A stretch of DNA of 64,000 nucleotides from Octopus sinensis. Its lineage: Eukaryota. Positions 53,550 to 64,000 of this stretch are shown piece by piece (position 1 is the first letter of the stretch; each line of letters begins with the position of its first letter). The position numbers were made by a program, and so were the translations under genes. The notes below the pieces were generated by a model that had not been told where the DNA came from, made no database searches, and was given only the letters and a program-made list of their open reading frames with translations. The stretch is from positions 3,534,001 through 3,598,000 of the forward strand of contig NC_042997.1 of assembly GCF_006345805.1 (NCBI RefSeq), in the 5' to 3' direction.

Positions 53550-54548
53550 TATTCTACAAGCTGAAGCGAAACGCGGACAATAAAGTAAAATCAAAGAAAG
53601 TGAAATAAAAGAATGTTTTAGGCGAGAATATCTCAGAAAAACCAAGTTACTTATGGGCAGTAGATTCAAAGGGGAAAATACCAGGGCAATGAACACACCA
53701 TAATGCGATATGCTGCAGGTGTTGTTAGATGGACCTATAACAAACTTGAGTGAATGAACAGGAAAAGCAAAAAAGTGATGAAAATTAACAAGGAGCTATA
53801 ACCCAAAAGCAGTACTGACAGAATGCATGTGGCAAGAAAGAAGTGAAGAGGAGGTCTCATAGGATGCAAGATTTGTGTTGTCCACAAGAGAAGCAGTCTG
53901 GAATTATAAATCAAGCAGCAGAGTGTATCCTTGCTGCCGCTGTTAGAATGAACAACAGAATACTTACAGATAATTTGATGTGTCTTTAAACATTTGAGAA
54001 AGAAGATGAAAAAGGAAGCGTAAACAACTGGAAGATGAAACCACTGAATGAGCAATACCTCTGAGAAATCGAAGGAAAAGACAAGATCAACACCTGGAGA
54101 AAGGATGCACTGTGGCATTGATATGTAGCGCCCAGGAAAAATCTCTGGGAACTAATTGCACAAAGATCCAAAAAGATAAGAATAACGAATCGCTCCGTTG
54201 TAAGATGTGTGGCAGCAGGAACGAAACAATCTCACATATTGTGAGTGAGTGTAGGAAGCTAGCCCCAAAGCATTACAATAGGAGGCACGATAATGTGGCT
54301 AAGTTCGTCCAGTGCAAGTTATATGGAAAGTATTACCTAAACAAAGCACGGAAATGGTACGAAGATGAAGTAGAAGGAGTTACCGAGAAAAAGTAACAGA
54401 AGACAATATGGGATCTTTCAGTTCAATGCGATTCTGTAATTGACGCTCGGAGGTATTCTTGTAGTAGATAAAGGAAAAAGGGAAACCAAGATTATAGATA
54501 TTGCAACACCAGTAGATGCGTGCATAATTCACTAAGAACTAGAAAAAC
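53550..54548 (+). mobile_element. RLE retrotransposon fragment (thumb, CCHC, RLE up to ELEK)
   Basis: LRCKMCGSRNETISHIVSECRKLAPKHYNRRHDNVAK, ILVVDK..IIDIATP. Confidence 0.92.
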
Positions 54549-54702
54549 AGAAGAAGAAGCAGAAAAAGAAGAAGAAGAAGAAGAAGAAGAAGAAGAAGAA
54601 GAAGAAGAAGAAGAAGAAGAAGAAGAAGAAGAAGAAGAAGAAGAAGAAGAAGAAGAAGAACAGCAACAGCAACAACAAAAACAACAACAACAACAACAAC
54701 AA
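54549..54702. repeat. (GAA)n-(CAA/CAG)n microsatellite
   Basis: Direct inspection. Confidence 0.98.
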
Positions 54703-55670
54703 GAATATTTATTCTCTGCTTGACACCCCTAACCTTGGAAAATAGGAAAATGAACCTGTGTAACCAACGAAACGAAAAATCGCAAACGATCAGCCACCTC
54801 CTCTTCATGGATTATATGAATCTGTACGCCAAGGATGAGTCACACGTGAATTATTTCATGAATACGGTCCTATATTTTAGTACTAATATTACAATGGAAT
54901 TTGGCCTGAAGAATTGCAGAATAACATATCTAAAACGAAGCAAAATACAATACCTAGCAGGGATAGAATTACCGGTCTAAACAAATTTGTTTAAACAAAT
55001 TAAAACAGAGGATACAAATACCTTAGTGTACTAGAGTTCAACGATATAAAGGCAAAGGTAATGAAAGAGCAACTGAAGATGTAGTACTTTCGAACACTGA
55101 TGATAGCACTGGCTAAGAAATAAAAGCTTATCGCCCAGACATAATTATTAAGGATTATAACAATTCTCCTGCTTAATGATAGTCTTTGCGGTCCCTAATG
55201 GCCAAAATATTGCCCCAAAAGAAAGATAAATTTTGAAAGTACAAACGTTTTGAAAATGAAGTAGCCAAGATGTGAGGCATGAAAATGAAAACAATGTCAG
55301 TAACAACTGATGATTTGGTATAATAAAAATCATATGAACAAAAAAGTAGAAGATTTATCTGGACCTTCAACACTTTACACACTATCCAAAAAGTAGCCAT
55401 GCTAGGGGCACCTCACAACCTATTCAAGACACTATCAATTTGACCCCAACAAAACAATTTAGAAACAAAAGACGCATTGTGTAAAATTAATATTCAATAA
55501 AATAATCAATCACCCATACCCAACAGAAGAAAACAACTAGCATTACACACACATTACACAATAAAAACACTAATTCAACCAAAAAAAAAAACTGCCAATG
55601 GATACCTAAGAAAACAGACTAACGCAATACAATACGGAGAAGAATTTGCTTTCTCCTGACAAAAAAAACT
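54703..55670 (+). mobile_element. 5'-truncated, internally deleted RLE retrotransposon
   Basis: ISHLLFMDYMNLYAK, MEFGLKNC, YFRTL, then a jump to KAYRPDIIIKD..IQKVAMLGAPHNLFKTLSI*, followed by 3' UTR. Confidence 0.9.
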
Positions 55671-55672
55671 AA

Positions 55673-55816
55673 CTAACAGTGCTGCACACACCGCAGCAAA
55701 ACGGGGGCGTGGTAGAGTGGAAAATTCGCTTATTTGCCGCAGGGGATCTGACGTTGTTGATATTGCAATGTTATATTGCTTTTCACGTGGCAGCTTTTAT
55801 AAAACGAAGCTGGACG
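55673..55816 (+). mobile_element. Possible Ty1/copia-type integrase remnant
   Basis: LTVLHTPQQNGGVVEWKIR..AAFIKRS resembles copia LTVPYTPQQNGVAERKNR..AAYIKNRS. Confidence 0.45.
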
Positions 55817-56554
55817 GAAAGTGAAGAGAAATGCTTCTTGATAGAGGATAATTTACCACTAGAGCCAGTCAGAGAACGCCACAGATTGGGTATCAGATAA
55901 AATAACAAAGGAATCAATGCTCAGTTGTTCATCTCCAATCTACCGTATCTTATTTATTGTAAATTTATTCACCCTAAGCGTTCTTGCCACTGTCACTCAC
56001 CTTTCTGTAACGCTTTCTGTAACGCTTTATTAACCACAGAAAAGTAGAGAGGTTAGAAACCAAATGTTGAAGTTAGAAAAAAAAACATTTTGTTATATTT
56101 AATGCAAATTGCAATGAACCGGGGTCCAGTTCAGGAGCACGCTGTGATATTTGGATACATGATAAACGATCATATGTGGCGTTAGACCCAAGAAAAGTTG
56201 TTTTCTAATGTACATTATGATACTTGAGCTCGGAATGTTGAAATGATACTGTATCCATGTAATATTTAATACTTATATGAACCTCATACTTAGAGTAGGT
56301 CAGCAGAATACTGCACATATATACCACCAAATTATTTGAATGTACTTGGAGAAGCAAATACGCAACTGAGACAAGGGAGAATGTGGTGTTAGGGGAATAT
56401 ACGTATAAAAAATTGCACTGCTGCATTTTTATGGTAGTAATAATGCATACACCGTAATCTATATGGCCTTGTAACTCACTTTTATATTTTGAAACAATAC
56501 CCTTCTATCTCTACTTTTTAGCGTCCTAACTGTTCAGATAAAAAATAATAACGT

Positions 56555-57240
56555 CTTATCAGAGAATCGCAAGCAGTATCGGAAATGTGTTGCTTGGCTG
56601 TAAATAGCTGATTCTAGAGAACAGATCAATTATTGAAGGCAGCAAGAGTAGAAAAAATCATTAGTATGACATGAATTGATTACCGAAAAATATCGGATAG
56701 CTTAAAAATTCCTTCGATATTGGAGACACTGCATATAAATAAAACTGCTCCAATACAAACATGCTATATTGAACATGCTACATCACTAATGAAAGCGACC
56801 ATATCACAGTGGTACAAAAACAAATTCAAAATCTGCCATATAACCAATCTATCAGAAAAGGAATCTTTGAGAGCCTCCGTATTTTGTATCAGTTTTTACT
56901 GCATTAATGCATTTTGTGACTGAAGTCAAAAATTATTATGGATACTTCGGACGAATTTATAGCTGGCTTACAACTATTTGCACAGGATGAAAGCCAGATG
57001 CCGACTCTACCATAAAACGTTCACTAATTGAACCAAAATATAATAATAAGGAAAACGAATGTCAAAGCTGCATTAAAAAGGGACAAATTATTTAGGGTTG
57101 AAGAATATTAAATTTGTTCCGGTCAATGCTATCAGATAATTGAGGAGAAACACCTGTACAAGTCTGTAACAGTAGATGAAACAGACGAAATCCAATACAA
57201 CAATGAGGCATTGACTGAAAAAAATATTACATATGGGTAG
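56555..57240 (+). mobile_element. Highly decayed RLE RT fragment
   Basis: SMT*IDYRKISDSL..SILETLHINK matches SMAWIDYRKAFDS..WILETL. Confidence 0.7.
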
Positions 57241-57409
57241 GTCTTCCAACCTTGAACAGGATGCAAAATGCAAAATATTACAATTTCACCCATGTAAATC
57301 GTAGTTAAGATTATTTTGAAGGTGTGTTTGAAATCACCTCACTAAATCAAATTCAAAGATGTTATTCATACCCAACAACAACAACAACAATGATAATAAT
57401 AATAAAAAA

Positions 57410-57589
57410 ATGCCCCGATGCAGTACCAGAAAGTGGCTCTCATGGTTTCTGATCTTAACTATAAAAGACAGGCTGCAGCAAATATTCTGCACAATACCAC
57501 AGATTTGCTTGTCAGTTGCTTGACCTTAACCAGTTGAACATGTGCTTTGTTGGTTGACGATACGTGCATCGCTGATCACGAACAGAAGT
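57410..57589 (+). mobile_element. 5' part of the ~560-bp (TAA)n-anchored element (internal deletion)
   Basis: ATGCCCCGATGCAGTACCAG..GTGGCTCTCATGG and CAGCAAATATTCTG..GACCTTAACCAGTTG match the reverse complement of 39965-40181; preceded by CAA/AAT repeat. Confidence 0.88.
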
Positions 57590-58481
57590 TATGATATTAT
57601 CGTTGTTGTTGCTGCTGGTTTCGTTTCTAATATTATTGTTGCTGCTATTCTTCTTGCTGATGCCGTTATTGTACTTGTTGGAGTTGTCACGTGTCATGCT
57701 GGTGTAAGTAGTCTTCTCTTGGCTGTTGTCGATATTGTTGGTGTTGGCGGTGACGGTAGTGGCTGTCTTGATGATGGTGGCGGTGTTATTGTCTGTAGGT
57801 TCGTCGTAAAATTCAAAAAGAGTGGCGACCGATGCGCTTGGTTGACTGCTAAGCCTCCGGTCGATTAAACACTAAGGATAATGCATATAACTAAAGCATA
57901 ATTTATCCACGTTCCTTTCCTCTGATTAATTCAGGAAATCTTTTCCACACTGTATTCTTGCATAATTAAAAAATAAAAGAACATTACATCAAGACAAACA
58001 TTTGCTGCAGCTGTACCAAAGCAGTCACAACTGCTGAAATTGTTTCACAATAAATCTATGACATTAAGAGTTCGTTTCTAGGATGAATAGGAATTTAGTC
58101 TCACCTCTAATACATTTGTCATTGTCAAAGGGTAGGTTGTACAGAGCTTCCAAATATAGAGTGATTCGAGAATTTTATGTTGAGAATCGTTACGTACTTC
58201 GATGAAATGCACATTTTCTAAAAAACGAGGATAATGTTGAATTGTGTGTCGCAATTAAGGCTGTAGAATATCTACACTGCACATCTTCCAAGCTGTTCAT
58301 GATTGTAGTAGAATTTTACTGCTAGAAAAAGAAGACAATTCAAAGTCATGTAGCTGTTTAAGAAGATAAATCTTGGAAAATACCGAAATTGCCGATATAA
58401 GGGAGAATCAGATGCTTCCAGAAGATTGAATCAGTTTCCTAATAAGCAAAAATCTTCTGCTGTGAATTCTTGTCAATCCAG

Positions 58482-58590
58482 TTACTCAAACAACAAAGGC
58501 TCAAGTTAGACTCAAGTCATGAACAAAAGCTGTTCACACGTTATCAGTTAATAAAATTTCCAGTCAATTTTTCAGATGAAATAAGAACAG
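58482..58590 (+). CDS. Candidate internal exon (109 nt), product unknown
   Basis: Acceptor TTCTTGTCAATCCAG, strong donor CAG|GTAAGA, single open frame LLKQQRLKLDSSHEQKLFTRYQLIKFPVNFSDEIRT. Confidence 0.3.
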
Positions 58591-58659
58591 GTAAGAGAAA
58601 ATCTTCGTGGTATTTTGCGTACAAGAAGAATTACGTTATGGATTAATATACTCTTTTAC

Positions 58660-59190
58660 ATGTTTCAGTCATTTGACAGCGGCCATGCTGGAACTCCGAC
58701 TTTTAGTCGAGCAAATCGATCCCGGGACGTATTCTTTGTATGCCTAGTACTTATTCTATCGGTCTCGTTTGCCGAACCGCTAAGTTACAGGACGTAGACA
58801 CACTAGCATCAGTTGTCAAGCGAGGTTGGGGGGACAAACACAGACACACACATAAACTCACATACACTAACGCAAACGCACTGACACACGCACAGCAATG
58901 CACATATGCTTATTCACAACCCAACGCGCACACACATATACACGTACTTACACACACACATGCACACATATACCCACGCACATTCACGCACACACACAGG
59001 GACGCACATATAAAAACCCGCCCCCACACACATCACACGCTCATGCATACATGCACACAATTACACATACACGGGCATACACACACGAACAAACGCATAA
59101 AAACAACCAGCACCACACAAACACCACCACACACAACACACATACAAACACATGCTATTACACACCCGCACGCACATAGCCACAGTTATG
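58660..59190 (-). mobile_element. SINE family B 3' part with expanded cryptic (CA)-rich tract
   Basis: CAGTCAT..GCGGCCATGCTGG..TTTAGTCGA..AGTACTTATTC is reverse-complement-similar to the 27000-27110 tail; CA-rich tract at 58830-59190. Confidence 0.8.
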
Positions 59191-59342
59191 CATAAATACC
59201 TCCTTCGCTTGCACTCTCCTGATATAGAAAGAAACATTATTTCACCCGTTGCCTTCCGGTCATTTCAAAATGTAACCAGATGTGAATCGTTGGCGATTTT
59301 TTTTTTTTTTTACCCCCGTCTTCTTGTTCACTTGGAATTTAG

Positions 59343-59470
59343 TCCGTCTCCATGTTCCTAACGAAGATCTTTGCTCCAAACGATATAACTACGCTTCTTT
59401 TCTTCCCTGGCCGTCTGATAAAACTTCGCATATGTTCTACCCGCTTGCTCCCTTAATAAAAGAATATTGA
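59343..59470 (+). CDS. Candidate terminal exon, product unknown
   Basis: Long pyrimidine tract then TTTAG; frame (V)RLHVPNEDLCSKRYNYASFLPWPSDKTSHMFYPLAPLIKEY* is phase-compatible with 58482-58590. Confidence 0.25.
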
Positions 59471-62031
59471 AAGAAATGCGTACGTCTTCTACAGGGTTGA
59501 TTATACATGTCACTTCTGTGGAGCAAATCTAGATATCACACGTCAGAAGTCAGGCTAACAGAACAATCTTCAAAAATAATTTTGAAGTACCATAAATTAG
59601 CATACATGCGGTGCATAAACCTTGAAACTCCGTCTTGAAATCTTTAAGTAAAATATCTCAGGCGTTGATATATACCTCGCGTTTCATAGAAAATATGAAT
59701 GTAAAGATATCATAGAATGTATCATGTAGACAGATAGGACACGGTATGTCCAATATCTCTCCTCATAGCACATACAGGCAAATGGAATAGAGCATATGAA
59801 ATGTCATAGAACTACGAAATTTCTTCAGGTCGTGCACGTTCAAGTTGAAAGACTATTTATTTAGACGAACATCTAGATTCAAGAAAAAGAATATGGTAGT
59901 TAAGAAATTACCTGTCCCTCGTCTTTAATTGAGGCAGATTGAGTGATGTACACTTGTTTACAATATCACAATAAGTAACCTGTAATGTTTGACATAAGCT
60001 CATTTCAGTAGATGTCAATATGTGAACCTAAGGCCCAAGTAGAACATTCCCACATTTATCATTGAGTATCCTTTATAAACCCAGCACAGCTAGTGAGCAT
60101 TCATGTTAACTTTGTGTTCGTTTCTTTGTTGAACTTATTTATATTGGTGATCGATCTCTTTTGCTATATTAAAAATAAAAACGTCTATATACGTCTCTAC
60201 GATTTACTTTGTTCAAAACTGAAATATTATGTAAGTCTCAAACCATGTATAGTAAAAATGATGAATACATAAAATATAATAATCATATTCGACCAACCAG
60301 TTCCATTTGGCAATTGTTAATCATGTTATGAATTCCAAAAGATATCACTGTATACTAAAACGAATTGGAGAATCTGTCAATGTATAAAATCCTGGAAATA
60401 GCGAATAACAGCATGTGGAGAATTTGAAAATAGAAACGAATTCAATTATATAGATGGCCTGGGATTGATAAGAAAATAAGGTCTAGACAAATATATTTCG
60501 AAATGTTACATAGACACAGATCATAGAAAAAAAACAGACTAACAGGTACAGCATCTGTATTATATAGATTATTTATAATGAAAAGAACCACAAAAATAAA
60601 CTGGAGCGAAGCATTGCATAAAAGCTATTGTATCAAAACCAATAACAACAATAATAAAAATAATAATAGATGGCTCTTGACGGTTGCAAAATCATCAGAC
60701 CGTTCATCTATTCAAACACGTTATAAAAGTCCACAGTGTAATGTTACTGATTTCCGAGGCATTACTTATTTTTCCTGGAATTGATGGAGTGAAGAAAAAT
60801 AACATGTGTACTCGGATTATCCACATTATTCCCAATATTAAAATACTTGCCTGCAACAGGTGCAATCTAGAAATCTCACTGGATGTAGAATGCGAGGTTT
60901 TTATATCTATAGGTGACACAGTTTGTTACATTTCCATCTTATTATTGATGTTGTTCTTGATGTACTAATTACCAAGGTGGTAGTGTGTGATGTTAGCCAT
61001 CATAGAAAAGAAGAATGAAAGGAATGATTATGGTGGCAATTATTATTGTGATGAAAATGATGAGAATAAAGGATATGACATTAATGAATTTACTTGTGAC
61101 ATTGATAAAGTGGAATTATTCTGAATGATATTATTAATGAAACTGGGATGGAGGAAAATGATTGAACTGATGGAACTTTTTTTTTATGGAGAAGATACTA
61201 AATATTACAATACTGACAATATAAATATCACTGTTAAACTTCTAAGACGATTGTTCTTGTTAGTTTTGGTACAATCATGATAGATATATCATTTTGGATG
61301 GAATAATTTTGACGAGGTTTTTGAATAAACTGCTATTGATATATTTTACGTCATAATCCGTTCTCAGGCCGGGGGGAAATAAAACTATTATGAAAACACC
61401 CTACACATAAAAATTCGCTCTTTCTTTCAGAATATTACAAATATTACACTAACCTTCAATTTAATAATGATTGTTATTTCTAGAAGTCGAATCGATTTCG
61501 TAGTGTCTACTTTATTCACTCGACTATATTAATGTTGATGAATAGACTTTTTTGAATGAGATTAATATTGTTCAGCCCTATATCAGTGTTGATCTAGCAC
61601 ACTTACAATCAATAAAATCCCAGTCGAAATATTTTCGTATATTAGTGGCATAAACAACTACTATGACAAAGGAATTCTTCTTTGATTTGTATGAAGTTGC
61701 ATTGATATTTCTCATAGGCACAGTGACAACGTATAATGTACCTCGATTGCTAATATAATTCATCCACTGCTGCCAAGAAGGATGATGCAGAGGCCAATTT
61801 TAAAGATAAAAATATCAACGAGTTATGTATGATATAAAAGAGATTTATACCTCCTAATATTCGCAACGTCTCAGTTCACCTTAGATATATTTGTAAATTC
61901 TCTTAGCAGTTGTTTAGCATTTGCAAAATGGCATTGCTTCATGGTCTCGTAATAATTTTTATTTAACGAGATGGTCGAAAAAATAACAACGAATACCAAC
62001 GGAAACAGTAATTAATTTATAACTCGATTAT

Positions 62032-62418
62032 GGATGGAAGCACTCCATCGGTTACGACGACGAGGGTTCCGGTTGATCCGAATCAACGGAACAGCCTGCT
62101 CGTGAAATTAACGTGTAAGTGGCTGAGCACTCCACAGACACGTGTACCCTTAACGTAGTTTTCGGGGATATTCAGCGTGACACAGAGAGTGACAAGGCCG
62201 GCCCTTTGAAATACAGGTACAACAGAAACAGGAAGTAAGAGTGAGAGAGAGTTGTGGTGAAAGAGTACAGCAGGGATCACCACCATCCCCTGCCGGAGCC
62301 TCGTGGAGCTTTAGGTGTTTTCGCTCAATAAACACTCACAACGCCCGGTCTGGGAATCGAAACCGTGATCCTATGACCGGGAGTCCGCTGCCCTAACCAC
62401 TGGGCAATTGGGCCTCAG
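62032..62418 (-). mobile_element. tRNA-derived SINE (family C2) with 12-bp TSD
   Basis: Head CCCAGTGGTTAGG / GGTTTCGATTCCC; TAACTCGATTAT duplicated at 62020-62031 and 62419-62430; 3' ~190 nt shared with 52008-52334. Confidence 0.93.
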
Positions 62419-62814
62419 TAACTCGATTATACATTCGCGCTAACCACGTAGGTAAATGGTTATGATTTTATAATGGATGATTGCAAGTGCATATAATGTT
62501 ATAAACATTAATTTTAATGTTAAAGAGGTAGTTAACGAAACATATTTGAGGTTAGGCAAGACATTGATTTGGCTGGATACGGGAGCCTAATGATTTGATG
62601 CATCTCTGTCAATGTTGGTTGAGGTAAACAGTTAACATTGTTTGCTGCTCATAGAGTGAGTGCCCACCCCTCTCTCTGCCCCTCTGTGTGTGTCTCTCTC
62701 TCATTTCCCAAATTTGCATATAAATACTTGTATGTACACACAGACACATACATGTGTGAGTATTAATATATATGTATCTGTATTTGTGTACATATGCCTA
62801 TATATACATACATG

Positions 62815-62881
<67 letters not shown>

Positions 62882-62882
<1 letters not shown>

Positions 62883-63080
62883 AATGGAAAGTTTATGAAA
62901 ATAAACAAAAGACGAAGGCAAGTGGTGTACAGACAAACAAATGTATTAGTATAGCGCTCAGGAATAGAAAAAGTATTTTACATTTCGAGCCTACGCTCTT
63001 CTACAGAAAGATACACAGAAAAAAAAACAAGGAGAGAAAAAATATGTGTAGTAGCTAACGATCTCTCATGCCAATTCCAA
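62882..63080 (-). mobile_element. (TA)n-abutting element with degenerate hammerhead-like motif (62977-63010)
   Basis: Minus strand UUU-CUGUAGAA-GAGC guag GCUC-GAAA-UG-UA-AAA; core deviates from CUGANGA. Confidence 0.45.
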
Positions 63081-63289
63081 TAGAGTTAGAAGTTGTGAAT
63101 CCAACAGACTAAGGGATAATATCTATCCCATATATTGCTGGCTGATTACCTAATTTGTAATACAAAAGTGTTTTTTCATTGTATGGGAATTGCACTACTG
63201 AATGTAATTAATGTGTGAGAGTATATTATTGTTTTGCTCTTAATTTGATACCTAAACTTAAAATTACGAATTAAGAAAACGTTTTACGG

Positions 63290-63535
63290 ACCGGGGTGCG
63301 TGTTGTGTTCTTGAGCAAAACACTATATTTCACGTTGCTCGAGTTAACTCAGCTGTAGAAATGAGTTGCCACATCACTGGTGCCAAGCTGTATCGGGCTT
63401 TGCCTTTCGCTTCGATAACATCAGTGGTGTGGAGAGGTGAGGTTGGTATGCATTGACTTGCTCGGACTTGTGCCTCGGAGAGTAACTTTCTAGTGCAATC
63501 CCCTAGTCATTCATGACTGAATGGGATCGCACCTC
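63290..63535 (+). mobile_element. SINE (family C3), head truncated
   Basis: GTTGTGTTCTTGAGCAAAACACTATATTTCACGTTGCTC..CTCAGCTG shared with the body of 52008-52334; different 3' end. Confidence 0.8.
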
Positions 63536-63606
63536 AATGTGCCTGTATGTACGTATGTGTGTATATAAGTATATGTATAATATACATGTCTATGTATATG
63601 CATCTA

Positions 63607-63643
<37 letters not shown>

Positions 63644-64000
63644 ATTCTATTCTTTTCCCCTCCCCCTCTCTCAACATAACTATATTAAAAACTATCTAAT
63701 CTCAACTCAATATATTCTAATCTTTATAGTTCTTTCGATTTTAGTTTTCTGAGTTTGTTATTTTAAGGTTAGGTTTGAAATTTTAATTTTCAATTTTGAT
63801 TCTTAATCCTTTATATCATATAATTTAACGGTTACGAAGCTTGGAATTCAATTTTGAACATCTGCACTGAATAAATATATTTATAACTTTCCCGAGATTG
63901 GCCTCCCCCGCTAGTCAACTGAAACTTTAACATATCTATATCGTTACCTTTAGTTTTATTTTTAAAAATGTTTATCTTATCATTCTTTACTTGGTTACCT

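Noticed and set aside
57590-57800. 108-aa hydrophobic ORF 57542-57868
   Set aside because: Derived from the 560-bp element fragment plus a decayed GTT/GCT/GGT triplet repeat

Overview
AT-rich, microsatellite-dense eukaryotic non-coding DNA. The SINE families and repeat landscape suggest an octopus (coleoid cephalopod); this is inference. No intact protein-coding gene is identifiable, and nearly all long ORFs in the track are microsatellite read-throughs or pieces of dead retrotransposons. (1) About 18 decayed pieces of restriction-like-endonuclease (RLE) non-LTR retrotransposons of the R4/Dong type lie in three clusters (1-13.2 kb, 35.4-43.3 kb, 53.5-57.3 kb), chained mostly head-to-tail through (TAA)n-type microsatellites. 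A ~560-bp non-coding element is anchored in (TAA)n at both ends (3 copies). (2) Four different non-coding elements abut (TA)n microsatellites and each carries a minimal type I hammerhead ribozyme motif (three clean, one degenerate). One is a 597-bp unit plus a 115-bp direct repeat (retrozyme/Penelope-like); another has a perfect 115-bp inverted arm that is antisense to its own ribozyme. This is the most interesting signal in the window. (3) There are also many tRNA-derived SINEs with shared modules, two RTE fossils, a full-length decayed maT/mariner transposon, a Tc1 scrap and a possible copia integrase scrap. (4) A weak, phase-compatible chain of candidate exons lies on the + strand.
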